From a virus (Duplodnaviria > Caudoviricetes): a stretch of DNA of 47,321 nucleotides. The notes under the pieces are model-generated. The model did no database searches. It saw nothing but the letters and a program-made list of their open reading frames with translations, and was not told the origin of the DNA. The stretch's first letter is position 1. Each line of letters opens with the position of its first letter. Below, one piece after another: positions 24,540 through 33,571 of the stretch. Both the position numbers and the translations under genes were made by a program. Location: IMG/VR virus record IMGVR_UViG_3300017785_009685, positions 1 to 47,321 of that record; one strand, given 5' to 3'.

Positions 24540-25826
24540 ATGAAAGGCAAAGCCCGGAGGATGAGCGCCTGGGACATCGGCGTTCTGGAGGCCACCGCCA
24601 AAAGCACCCGCTACCGGCTGCGCAAGGTGCCGACCAGCCCGTTCATCTACGTGCGCGACCTACGGCCCAAGCCGGGGCACAAGAATCAGTGGTCCCTGGC
24701 GCCGCTGCTTCGTGACGAGGACGAGCACGTCCGTCAGGCGATGCAGCAGATCTGCGCCCTGGGCGAGGCGGAGTGGCCGGTCACTGGGCCGGTGACCGCC
24801 GCCAGCAGTGGACCGACCTGGGGCGAGCTGATCGAGCGCGTCGAGCAGCACTGGTCCGGACGGCTCAAGGGCTCCAGCGCCTCCCACTACCGGGCCGCCC
24901 TGCGGGAGCTGGCCCGCCGCCGCGTTGCCCGGGACGATACGGCCCTTGAGGCCTGGGCGATGGAGAAGACGCCTGGGACCAGCTCGTTCCTGGTCCGGGT
25001 GGAGACACTCACTCAGCTGCACGGGGCCCTGGGCGTGCTGGCCGTCTCAGCTGAGCTGCCGCTGCGGCTGCGAGCGCTGCATCGGCGCAGCAAGCCCACC
25101 CGCTACGCCGAGCTGGGCAGCACGCGGGGCATCCCATGTAAAGCTGAGGCCGAGCTTTACCTGGACGGCCTCGGGGAGGCCTTCGCGCTGGAGCGCTGGT
25201 GCTTGGCGATGATGTTCTGCTACGGGCTGCGGAACCACGAACTGTGGTGGTGCGGTCCGATCACCACAGAGGCCCCAGATGTCGCGCCGGACTGGACGCT
25301 GATCCCTGGGTGGTGGCGCACCAAGAGCAGAGAAGAGCACTGGGTCTGGCCACTCTGCCCGGAGTGGATCGAGCGGTATGGACTGCGTGCATACCAGGGC
25401 GAGGCTCAAAAACAACTGCATCGTCGCGTTCGTCCCATCGTGGTCTCATCACGAGATCAAAGTAAGCCCTGGCAGCCTGGCAATCCGGCAGACCCGGGTT
25501 TGTGCATGAACAACCACCTGATCGGCAACTGGATTGGCCGCCGCCTGCGCACGGTGCTGCCGCCCTGGATGGCGCGGGTTCCTGACACCGATGGCCGCTA
25601 CCGGGCAAGTGACCCCCTGGTGCGGGTGACGCCCTATGACCTGCGCCATGCCTGGGCCGTGGCGATGGCCACCGATCCGGCCTGGCGCCACGTCAGCACC
25701 GAGATGGCTGCCCAGGCAATGGGCCACGACCTGGCGGTGCATCGGCGGCGTTACCAGCGCTGGATCGGATCGGAAGAGCGCCGCCGGCGGGCGATGGCAG
25801 CGGTCAGTACGCCGGTCTTATCATGA
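24540..25826 (+). CDS. int: tyrosine integrase
   Basis: Catalytic motifs YGLRNHEL (R), TK, YDLRHAWA, MGHDLAVH and YQRW (Y). Confidence 0.9.
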   Translation: MKGKARRMSAWDIGVLEATAKSTRYRLRKVPTSPFIYVRDLRPKPGHKNQWSLAPLLRDEDEHVRQAMQQICALGEAEWPVTGPVTAASSGPTWGELIERVEQHWSGRLKGSSASHYRAALRELARRRVARDDTALEAWAMEKTPGTSSFLVRVETLTQLHGALGVLAVSAELPLRLRALHRRSKPTRYAELGSTRGIPCKAEAELYLDGLGEAFALERWCLAMMFCYGLRNHELWWCGPITTEAPDVAPDWTLIPGWWRTKSREEHWVWPLCPEWIERYGLRAYQGEAQKQLHRRVRPIVVSSRDQSKPWQPGNPADPGLCMNNHLIGNWIGRRLRTVLPPWMARVPDTDGRYRASDPLVRVTPYDLRHAWAVAMATDPAWRHVSTEMAAQAMGHDLAVHRRRYQRWIGSEERRRRAMAAVSTPVLS

Positions 25827-25981
25827 GTCGAAGCGTTTCGGGGAAGAAGCCGATGGCCATCCGCAAAGCCGGAGACAAGCTGGCCGCCGCCTGCTGGAAG
25901 GGCTACGAGGCGATCGGCACGAAGATCAAAGACGGCCGCCAGGTGCCGAATTGCGTGCCAGTGAAGAAGGGACGCGGCTGA
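25823..25981 (+). CDS. small protein with CWKGY...VPNCVP motif (52 aa)
   Basis: Not in the ORF track; ATGA overlap with int; ...AACWKGYEAIGTKIKDGRQVPNCVPVKKGRG, a motif common in cyanophage proteins. Confidence 0.7.
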   Translation: MSRSVSGKKPMAIRKAGDKLAAACWKGYEAIGTKIKDGRQVPNCVPVKKGRG

Positions 25982-26265
25982 TGGCCACGATCCGCTACGC
26001 CGGCGAAGTCTTCCGGGGCTACAGCTAGCCCAAGCGCACGCCTGGCGATAGCAAGAAGTTCGCCGTGCTGGTCAAGGACGGCGACGGTGATCCGAAGATT
26101 GTGCGCTTCGGGGATCCGTCGATGCAGAACTACCGCAACGGCCCCAGCGGCAGTGGCGGCCATGGCGACGAGGATCGCAGAGCGAACTTCAAGAGCCGCC
26201 ACAACTGCAGCGAGAAGACCGATAAGACCACCCCGGGGTACTGGAGCTGCAAATGGAGTTGGTGA
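25981..26265 (+). pseudogene. DUF6321-like protein interrupted by an in-frame TAG (26026-26028)
   Basis: MATIRYAGEVFRGYS*PKRTPGDSKKFAVLVKDG..VRFGDPSM..RRANFKSRHNC..GYWSCKW; the family-like motif continues across the stop. Confidence 0.65.
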
Positions 26266-26354
26266 GACCCACGGAAAAGTGCATGGGTCGCCCTCGTTAG
26301 CCTGGGCTGGCGCTTGAGAATGCGTCGCCTACCAGGAATCCGGGTAAGTGACGA

Positions 26355-26561
26355 TTATTCGTTTTCCAGGTATCTTACGTGCCAGGTGGGGTGCAGCGTG
26401 CTGCGGCGCAGGCGCGGTTCGCCATCGAAATGCACGCGCAGGTAGGTGCCGGCGGCAGACATGATCGTGCCGTACCTCTCGGTGCCGTCACCGTCGTAGA
26501 TGATCCGGACGCCGCGCCGGGCCGGCACCTTGTAGGTGTTGCGGATGGCCTCGATGCTCAC
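26355..26561 (-). CDS. conserved small phage protein
   Basis: GTG start overlapping the upstream stop; [24 protein letters not shown] motif. Confidence 0.7.
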   Translation of the reverse strand: MSIEAIRNTYKVPARRGVRIIYDGDGTERYGTIMSAAGTYLRVHFDGEPRLRRSTLHPTWHVRYLENE

Positions 26562-26857
26562 AGCTGCAGATCGGTGGGGGACAGGACCTTGCCGTCTTCG
26601 CCCGGCAGCTCGATGCCGTAGATGTCCTCGAGGCTCCACTGGTTGGCCGCGTCGTCGGACAGGGCCTGGATGCGGGAGCGCTCGGGTATTGGCCGGCCCT
26701 GGGCCATGGCCAGCTTCTCCTCGTGGGTCGGCGGCTTGAAGGTGCGGTGAAATTGGTCGAGCTCGTTCTGGCGCCGCCAGTAGCTCACCCGGTCGCGCTC
26801 CTCGCTGGGCGTGAGATGCAGCTCCGGCGACTTGGTCGGATCGATCGGCGTGTTCAT
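26558..26857 (-). CDS. hypothetical protein
   Basis: 99 aa, translationally coupled on both sides. Confidence 0.65.
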   Translation of the reverse strand: MNTPIDPTKSPELHLTPSEERDRVSYWRRQNELDQFHRTFKPPTHEEKLAMAQGRPIPERSRIQALSDDAANQWSLEDIYGIELPGEDGKVLSPTDLQL

Positions 26858-27096
26858 CAGTTGCGACTGAAGACGGAGCCCACCTGTTCAGGGCTCCAGA
26901 GCAGGTGGCCGCAGCGCACGCTGGTGGGGTTCTTGCGGATGAAGTGCGTGCCCTCCTTCATCAGGCCTGGAGTGGTCCGCACGCGATAGAGGGTGGAGCG
27001 GCAAATGCCCAGGCGGTCACACATCTCGACGGTGGACACCCAGTCGCCGTCTTCGGTGTGGGACTGGTTGGAAGCCTTGGAAAATGACACGGACAA
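26857..27096 (-). CDS. putative excisionase / recombination directionality factor
   Basis: Small winged-HTH [27 protein letters not shown], near int and convergent with it. Confidence 0.7.
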   Translation of the reverse strand: MSVSFSKASNQSHTEDGDWVSTVEMCDRLGICRSTLYRVRTTPGLMKEGTHFIRKNPTSVRCGHLLWSPEQVGSVFSRN

Positions 27097-27210
27097 GAAC
27101 AGGTAGACCTGGCGTGCGCCATCCTAACCGAGCTTGCACCATCTCTCACCTGTCTCGCGCAAGACGCAAGACAGGTCTCCGTAGACTGGGGACTCAGCGC
27201 CGGGGTAGGT

Positions 27211-28548
27211 GTGGCCAGAACACTGCAGGATTACCAGGCGGCGGCCCAGAATCCTTACGGCCGCGCCCTGTTGGACGTGATCGCTGGCGCCGAGGGGGCC
27301 GACTACAACGTCCAGTTCGGTGGCGGCCGCTTCGACACCTCCAAGGGTTGGGCCCACCCCCGCGCCGTTATTCGCAAGAGCGGCTACGCCTCCGACGCCT
27401 CCGGCCGCTACCAGTTTCTCTCGACCACCTGGGACGGGGTGGCCAACCAGCTGGGCATCAAGGACTTCAGCCCCGCCAACCAGGACGCCGCCGCGATGCG
27501 ACTGATCGAGCGGCGCGGGGTGAACCTCGATGACGTCATGGCCGGCAAGGTGGATGCGACCACCCTGGCCAAGCTGGCCCCGGAGTGGGCTTCGCTGCCG
27601 ACCGCCGAGGGCAAGAGCTACTACGGCCAGCCGGTCAAGAAGGCCGCTGACTTGCTGGCGAAGTTCACCGCTGCCGCGAAGGGGGCGCCCCCTGCTGCGG
27701 GGGCCGGCTTTCGTGGATCCGCGCCTGCGCCAGCTGGGGGAGCTGCCACCGGAGGGGTGTCCCTGGATGCGGGCGTAGATCCCTACGCCGCCCTGAACAC
27801 CCTGGGCAAGCCGCTGTTCACCACGGCCCCTGGGGCTCAGAGCGCCGAAGGCGTCGCCCTGGCGGCGATCGGTGCGGCCGTGGCGGCTGGCGGCGTCGGA
27901 GTGGGTGCCAATGCCGGACTGAACTACCTGGCGGCCCGGGCTGGCCAAGGGAGGGAAGTGCAGCGGATGGCGGGCGCTGAATTGCTGGGGCAGGCCACCG
28001 GCACGGCCGTTCCCGCCCCGGCCCCGGTTCAGGTGCAGCCTCCAGTGGCGGCAACCGCCCCGGTGCAGCAACCATCGGCGCTCGATGGGGCGGGCAGCGC
28101 CAGTTCGGGCGCGCTGCCGTTCAAGCGCTCGGTCTCGACCTCCTTTGATCAGGGGCAGCCGGGGATCGATCTCTACTGGGAGGACAAGAACTTCCGCTCG
28201 GTCCTGCCCGGGCGGGTCAAGGACATCGGCACCCAGGGCGGCGGCCGGGGTGCGTCGGGCAAGGGCTACGGCAACTACGTGGTGGTCGAGTCGGTGGATC
28301 CAGGCAGCGGCAAGCCGGTCGACGTCCTCTATGGCCATCTCGACGAGGTAGGGGTGACCAAGGGCCAGCAGGTGGGAGAAGGCGCTCGGATCGGCAAGCA
28401 GGGCGGGACGGGACGGGTCCTGTCCCAGGACGGCACGATCGCCTCGATCGACTTCCTCGAGCCGGCGCCCGCCGGCAGCGGCAGCATGAAGCCGTTCGCC
28501 GGCTTCGATCCACTCAGGCGCCGGATCGCCAGGCGTTGGTCCTCGTGA
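27211..28548 (+). CDS. lambda-type lysozyme (lytic transglycosylase) fused to an M23-like domain
   Basis: ALLDVIAGAEG..YNV..ASGRYQFLSTTW..DFSPANQD..EWASLP..YYGQP; C-terminal GYGNYVV..YGHL..IGKQGGTGR. Confidence 0.85.
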   Translation: MARTLQDYQAAAQNPYGRALLDVIAGAEGADYNVQFGGGRFDTSKGWAHPRAVIRKSGYASDASGRYQFLSTTWDGVANQLGIKDFSPANQDAAAMRLIERRGVNLDDVMAGKVDATTLAKLAPEWASLPTAEGKSYYGQPVKKAADLLAKFTAAAKGAPPAAGAGFRGSAPAPAGGAATGGVSLDAGVDPYAALNTLGKPLFTTAPGAQSAEGVALAAIGAAVAAGGVGVGANAGLNYLAARAGQGREVQRMAGAELLGQATGTAVPAPAPVQVQPPVAATAPVQQPSALDGAGSASSGALPFKRSVSTSFDQGQPGIDLYWEDKNFRSVLPGRVKDIGTQGGGRGASGKGYGNYVVVESVDPGSGKPVDVLYGHLDEVGVTKGQQVGEGARIGKQGGTGRVLSQDGTIASIDFLEPAPAGSGSMKPFAGFDPLRRRIARRWSS

Positions 28549-28596
28549 GTCAAGGACGGTAGAGTGCGAGCTGCCTGCTGCATCTTGCACCTCTCC

Positions 28597-29070
28597 ATGC
28601 TGACTTACCTCCTCTCCGCCGCTGTGGCGGCCGCGATCGGTACGGCCGGCGGCTTCCTTGGCGGCCGGCTCTCATTGAACGGCTTGCGCCGCGAGCATAT
28701 CGCCGCCCTGCAGGGTGTGGACCGTGTGGCCGACGACCTGCGCCGTGACATCAGCGAGCGCCCCACTCGCGCTGAGGTCGCCACCCGCCCCGATGTGGAG
28801 GCGTTTCTCTATCAGCGAGAGCAGGGCCTGGCCCAGGTGTTCACCACCCGTGATGAGCTGCGGCCGATCCTCAAGGAGGTGATCACCCGCGAAGAGCTTG
28901 ACCTGGCCCTGTCCGCGGTTGTCACGGCGGTGAGCAAGAACGCTGGCCTGCCGTTGCCGGCTGCCCCTGCTGCCCTGCCGCTGGCCGCCGCCAGTCAGGA
29001 TCAGCTGGCGGCGGCGATCTCCGGCATGAGCCGGCAGATGGCCGAGATCAACCAGCAGCTGGGGCTATGA
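28597..29070 (+). CDS. membrane-anchored helical protein
   Basis: N-terminal hydrophobic segment followed by helical repeats (TRAEV/TRDEL/TREEL); directly after the lysin-like gene. Confidence 0.65.
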   Translation: MLTYLLSAAVAAAIGTAGGFLGGRLSLNGLRREHIAALQGVDRVADDLRRDISERPTRAEVATRPDVEAFLYQREQGLAQVFTTRDELRPILKEVITREELDLALSAVVTAVSKNAGLPLPAAPAALPLAAASQDQLAAAISGMSRQMAEINQQLGL

Positions 29071-29402
29071 CCGAAGGCATTGAGTTCGACGGGGTTGCCC
29101 TGCACTGGAACGGGGCCTGCCGGCAGATGGCGATCGCCATCGATCCGTTCCGCCCCGACCCGGGCGGCAATCCCACCGCGGCGCTGGCCCACCGGCTGGA
29201 GGGCATTGCCAGCGCGATCCGCTCTGGCAACCTGAGCGGGAAGGAGGGCATTGAGAAAGCTCTCTGGACGTGCGCCGGCTACCTCAAGGGCACTCAGCTG
29301 CCTGCCGTGGCGATCAACGTGGGCGCCCGGACCATCACAGATGAAAACGTCCCCGCCCACCAGGTGAGCGAGGACGAGGACCCTGTCGAGCAGGGGTTCT
29401 GA
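29067..29402 (+). CDS. hypothetical protein
   Basis: 111 aa, ATGA-coupled. Confidence 0.6.
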   Translation: MTEGIEFDGVALHWNGACRQMAIAIDPFRPDPGGNPTAALAHRLEGIASAIRSGNLSGKEGIEKALWTCAGYLKGTQLPAVAINVGARTITDENVPAHQVSEDEDPVEQGF

Positions 29403-32400
29403 TCAGCCTTCGGGCTTGGCCTCCGGCATGAGGCAACGATCTGAATCACAGCCAGCGGGGCCCTCCACCTGGGGGGCTCCGCCTTTGGCGTGGCTGTCCC
29501 AGTGGCTTAAAGCCTCGAGGAAGTCGTCCCGCACCCGACGCTTGAGCACGTCTGCGCAGAGCTCGTCGTAGCGCTCCTTGGTGATCGGCTCAAACGGCAT
29601 CCGCGGATAGGTCTCCTTGTCATCAAAGCGGGCCAACAGGGCCGCTGAGATGTAGCCCTGATTGGTGTCGATAGCCGCGTGAATGGAACGGGCCAACGGC
29701 TCGATCTCGTCCTCGGTGAGCTCCACGGTGGCGCTGGTGTTGTGGCCGGAGTAATGCTGCTGCACCTGCATGTAGAAGTCGAACTGGGCCAGGGCAGAGA
29801 ACTTGCCTGGGTCGACTTCGGCCGCCCCCTCAAGGGAGGCCCAAGGGGTGGCTGTGGGAATCTCCACCAGCCATTCGGTGCAAGCGGAATCCTGGGGATC
29901 ATCGAGCAGCCGACCGGAACTGTCCTTGTCGGACTGCGAGGGGACAACGGTGTAGCCGTAGTCGATGCAGGCCAGGGCGATCGGGTCGTCCTTGGCAAAG
30001 GTGATGCGGCGGATGTAGTAGGGGGCCTTGGGCGGATGCCAGCCCGGGGAGGCATTGGTCAACAACGACTTGCTGTTGTGGCTCTTGATCGCCCCGGCCC
30101 AGTACCAGGCGTTGTCATCATCGGTGTCGATCGAGATGTCACCTGTGGCAACGGGAACTGCCATTGCCTCAATCGAGGCAATGGCGAAATAGCGATGCCC
30201 GAAACAGTTGTGGGTGGGACCCATGTCCCTGCCCTGGCAGTGCAGGGCGTCGAGCTTGAGGTAGTCCAGAGCGGCCGGATCGCTCCAGTAACGGGAGAGC
30301 ACCAGGCGCCAGTACGGAGTCTTGTGATCCGGAACGCTCTGCAGCCGGAAGACCAGGCCGACGGCTTCGCCCACCTGTTGCAGGTGTCGGGCCAGGGTCT
30401 CGCCTGTGATCTTGATCGTGGGCGGCTGGTGGCGCAGCTTGCAGGCGGTGGCATCGATCAGGCCGCTGAAGAAGCTGCGGATCGAACTGGTGGGAGCCTG
30501 GCGCAGCCCCAGGGGCAGCCGGTCACTGCTGCCGTCCTGGCGCAGCAGCAGGCCATTGAGATCAAACCAGGCGCGCAGGGCCGCCTGACGGGTGTAGATG
30601 TGAATGGTGCGCCCGGCGTGGCGTCGGTTGAGCTTCACGCCAAACAGGTCGCTGACGTGGTCCATCACGCGATCGGCCACGGCCTCCTCGGTGGCCGGGA
30701 AGGCCAGATGCAGGCAGCGCTCGCTGGCGGCCTTGAGGGGCGCCATGGTGATCTTGGTGGCCTCCTTGCCCAGCAGCACGCCGGCCACGTAGGCCAAGGC
30801 CATGCTGAGCTGCTCGGGCTGCTTCTCCAGTTCGCCCATCTCCTCGCCCAGGAGCAGATTCAGGGCCGGCTTGCCCGTGTGAGGGCTTTTGCGGTTGGCC
30901 TCCAGCTCGTCGCCGACCTTCAGTCCTGAGGCGTGGACCCAAAAAGGCAGCCCCTTGAGGGAGAAGCGGTGATCGGGGGTGCAAACGATCTGCCGGCCGC
31001 TGACCAGGGTGAGGCGCAGGGCGGGGCCAGGCTCGTTCAGCACGCAGGCAGGAACCTCATGGCCGCCTCGCAGTGTCAGCGGATCGGCCCTGCACGCGAT
31101 CAGGTCGCGAGCCTCATCGAGCAGCAGCAGGCCCATGTCGGTAACGCGCAGAGCGTCGAGACTCAGGCAGCCGGCGGGCTGCACGGTGGTGCAGCGGTTC
31201 GGTACTTTCAGGCTGTGCTCTTGGCAGAACGCGGCAACCTCGGCCTCGACGATCTGACGGAAGCGCCGCAATTCCTTGGCTTCATGGGCCGAGAAGCTGC
31301 GGCCCTGGTCGTGGGGCGGCCGGCCCGCGGCCCACCACTGCAGCCACTCGACGCCCAGCTGGGCAACGAAGTAGTCAAACAGGCCAGTGAAGGACACCCC
31401 CACGATCGGATCGAGGTCGCGGGCAACGTGCATGCGCTCGTCGCGGAAGCGGTGGCGCAGCAGGGCGGCCACGGTGATGGCCGCAGCGCGGAAGGCGCCA
31501 TTGACGGCTTCAGTGTCGTTGGGGTCGAGGCGGTTGAGGTGCACCTCGGCCAGGTTGCACAGGAAGTCGGAGCCGATGATCTCGCCGCAGGGGTTGAGCC
31601 CGAAGCGGCTCATGCGGTGCTCGAGCTCCCGGCGCTGCCCGTGGTCGAGCTCATAAAGGTCAGGCTTGCCGAACAGGATGATCGACAGGGACTGGGCGCC
31701 CGCTCCCAGGCCGCCCTCTTCGATTGCTTCGAGGAAGCCCTCCTTGAGCCACTGCTGGCTGAGGATGTCGGCATTGGCGCGGGCCAGCGCCTCGGGGGTG
31801 AACTGGATGGCACCCTCGCCGCTGGCGTGTTGGGAGCGCACCGAATCGAGCACCTCCTCGTAGGAGGGCTTGTGGTGAAACATCCGGGTGTGGTTGGCCA
31901 TCCGCAGGGCGTCCCGCTCCGGGTCGATGGACCAGCGGCCTTCGGCGTCCTGGACCCAGAGACCGCTCTTGGCGCCTGCGGCATCAAGGTCGTCCTCGTC
32001 GAATTGGCGCATGCCGGCGCTGCGGCGGATGTTGCCGGCCACGACGCAGCGGGCAGCCTCGTCAATGACCAGGCAGCACTCCAGCGGCGACAGGCGCCGG
32101 CCAGTGGCCTTGTTCAGTAGACGGGCGACGCGGGCGTACATCTCAGGCAAGGCGGTGGGGTTGGCCACCCCACCGAAGCCCTTGAGCCGTTCGCCGGGAG
32201 GGCGCACCCAGCTCAGGTCAATCGTGACGTCGAGCGATCCATCGGCAATCAGTGGATTGCAGGCAGCCTCCAGCAGCTTCTGGTAGCTGTCGACCCAGCC
32301 TTGGCGAGAGTCACCGACCTTGATCTCCAGGTGACCGCCATTGGAGAACGTCGCCATGGTGTGGGCGCAGCGCTTGTCCGGCGGTGCGCTGCCAAGGGAG

Positions 32401-32834
32401 CCCCTGTAGTTGAGCGCCAGGCGGTTGAGGATCAACGGCAGCTGCCGGACGTTGGCGGCGCTCAGTACCGCGCCGGTGCCGGTGCCCTGCATGGCCAGGT
32501 TCATCAGCAGGCCAAACGCCGAAAGGTGGTTCACCTCGACGCTGGAGCAGTTGTAGGAGCCGTAGAAATTGCGCTGGTCGCTGGACCATTCGGTGCCGCC
32601 AACCCAGAGCCAGCGCCCCGACGGCAAGGAGGTCAGGTGGTATTGATGCTCTCGCAGCAGCTGAACCTGCTCGTCGTTCAGTTTGCCCAGGCGAGTCAGG
32701 CCGCGGATATTGCGATCGACAACCTCATCCCAGGTCTCGCGACCGCCATCGGCAGTGCGCCTGGAATAGGAGCGAAAAAACAGCGGGTTGGCAGATGGTG
32801 CGTCGGCAGGGAAACTGCCTGAGGAGGGTTGCAT
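29403..32834 (-). CDS. nrdJ: class II (B12-dependent) ribonucleotide reductase with intein
   Basis: RSYSR, PSGRWLWVGG, YNC, VGDSRQGWV, VVAGNIRRSA, NPCGEI, CNLAEVHL, TTVQP.G, C-terminal GCDSDRC. Confidence 0.95.
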   Translation of the reverse strand: MQPSSGSFPADAPSANPLFFRSYSRRTADGGRETWDEVVDRNIRGLTRLGKLNDEQVQLLREHQYHLTSLPSGRWLWVGGTEWSSDQRNFYGSYNCSSVEVNHLSAFGLLMNLAMQGTGTGAVLSAANVRQLPLILNRLALNYRGSLGSAPPDKRCAHTMATFSNGGHLEIKVGDSRQGWVDSYQKLLEAACNPLIADGSLDVTIDLSWVRPPGERLKGFGGVANPTALPEMYARVARLLNKATGRRLSPLECCLVIDEAARCVVAGNIRRSAGMRQFDEDDLDAAGAKSGLWVQDAEGRWSIDPERDALRMANHTRMFHHKPSYEEVLDSVRSQHASGEGAIQFTPEALARANADILSQQWLKEGFLEAIEEGGLGAGAQSLSIILFGKPDLYELDHGQRRELEHRMSRFGLNPCGEIIGSDFLCNLAEVHLNRLDPNDTEAVNGAFRAAAITVAALLRHRFRDERMHVARDLDPIVGVSFTGLFDYFVAQLGVEWLQWWAAGRPPHDQGRSFSAHEAKELRRFRQIVEAEVAAFCQEHSLKVPNRCTTVQPAGCLSLDALRVTDMGLLLLDEARDLIACRADPLTLRGGHEVPACVLNEPGPALRLTLVSGRQIVCTPDHRFSLKGLPFWVHASGLKVGDELEANRKSPHTGKPALNLLLGEEMGELEKQPEQLSMALAYVAGVLLGKEATKITMAPLKAASERCLHLAFPATEEAVADRVMDHVSDLFGVKLNRRHAGRTIHIYTRQAALRAWFDLNGLLLRQDGSSDRLPLGLRQAPTSSIRSFFSGLIDATACKLRHQPPTIKITGETLARHLQQVGEAVGLVFRLQSVPDHKTPYWRLVLSRYWSDPAALDYLKLDALHCQGRDMGPTHNCFGHRYFAIASIEAMAVPVATGDISIDTDDDNAWYWAGAIKSHNSKSLLTNASPGWHPPKAPYYIRRITFAKDDPIALACIDYGYTVVPSQSDKDSSGRLLDDPQDSACTEWLVEIPTATPWASLEGAAEVDPGKFSALAQFDFYMQVQQHYSGHNTSATVELTEDEIEPLARSIHAAIDTNQGYISAALLARFDDKETYPRMPFEPITKERYDELCADVLKRRVRDDFLEALSHWDSHAKGGAPQVEGPAGCDSDRCLMPEAKPEG
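30075..31169 (-). mobile_element. intein (365 aa) with LAGLIDADG-like endonuclease region in NrdJ
   Basis: Inserted in TTVQPAG|SKSLL; begins CLSLDA, block B CTPDHRF, ends KSHN followed by Ser; internal YVAGVLLG and FFSGLIDAT motifs. Confidence 0.92.
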
Positions 32835-32910
32835 GCGGCGAGGTCAAGCCTGGGTAACCTAATACCCTGGGCTTGCGCTTGCAGCCCCAAGTCTTGCAGT
32901 TTGTAAGCAC

Positions 32911-33171
32911 ATGGATCGTCGTTATCGCGAAGCCAAAGGGACCATCGACCAGGGTCGCCGCGCGGACCGGCTGATCGGCTCTTACCTGCAGCAGGCAGCA
33001 CGCGACAACAGGCAGGCCGCGGTGATGGGCGGCAGCACCGGCGGGCCCGATCCGAGCGATGCCGCCCGCCGGCGGGGCGTGATCTCGGCCTTGCGCGGCA
33101 AGGAATACCGCGAGGGCAACGCGATCTTTGAGGACAGCCGCCAGCAGGTCAGGGCCCAGGCCGGCGACTGA
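32911..33171 (+). CDS. hypothetical protein
   Basis: 86-aa plus-strand ORF filling the gap within the minus-strand cluster. Confidence 0.55.
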   Translation: MDRRYREAKGTIDQGRRADRLIGSYLQQAARDNRQAAVMGGSTGGPDPSDAARRRGVISALRGKEYREGNAIFEDSRQQVRAQAGD

Positions 33172-33571
33172 GGCGCCGGGGGATCAGTACCTCGATGAGG
33201 TCGTTCTTGCAGGCGCTGCGCAGGGGGCTGCCCTCCAGTAGGCGCATGGCCTCCTGCGGCGTGTGGCGACGCGGGCTGAGCAGGGCGCGCCGGCCGCTGC
33301 TCCAATCCTTCAGGGCCGGCTCCCACCACTGCAGAACCTCCCAGCAGGACGGGCTCCAGCGCTTGGCGGGGGCCAAGCCCTTCTCGGCGTTTTGCAGGGC
33401 CCTGGCCAGTCGGGCAATGCCATCGACGTGCTCCATGCGCAGGCCGCTCCAGTGGTGGGCCTGCGCCGGCAAGGCGTGGCGCCAGGTGAGGGCGCCATTG
33501 AAAACGATGGCCCGCTCCAGCCGGCAGTCAACGCCAGTGGGAAAACGGAAGCTGGCCGGAGGGAAGCTCAT
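33149..33571 (-). CDS. hypothetical protein
   Basis: ATG 33571 coupled to the upstream stop (ATGA). Confidence 0.55.
   Translation of the reverse strand: MSFPPASFRFPTGVDCRLERAIVFNGALTWRHALPAQAHHWSGLRMEHVDGIARLARALQNAEKGLAPAKRWSPSCWEVLQWWEPALKDWSSGRRALLSPRRHTPQEAMRLLEGSPLRSACKNDLIEVLIPRRLSRRPGP

Noticed and set aside
23134-25826. Integron (integrase plus cassettes)
   Set aside because: The boundary repeats are not palindromic attC sites, and the integrase has a tRNA-type attP with arm sites.
27124-28590. Long antisense ORFs (also 1985-3028, 16993-18183, 29679-30929, 30933-32120, 35449-36636)
   Set aside because: These are shadow ORFs caused by high GC3 on the opposite strand and carry no recognisable motifs.
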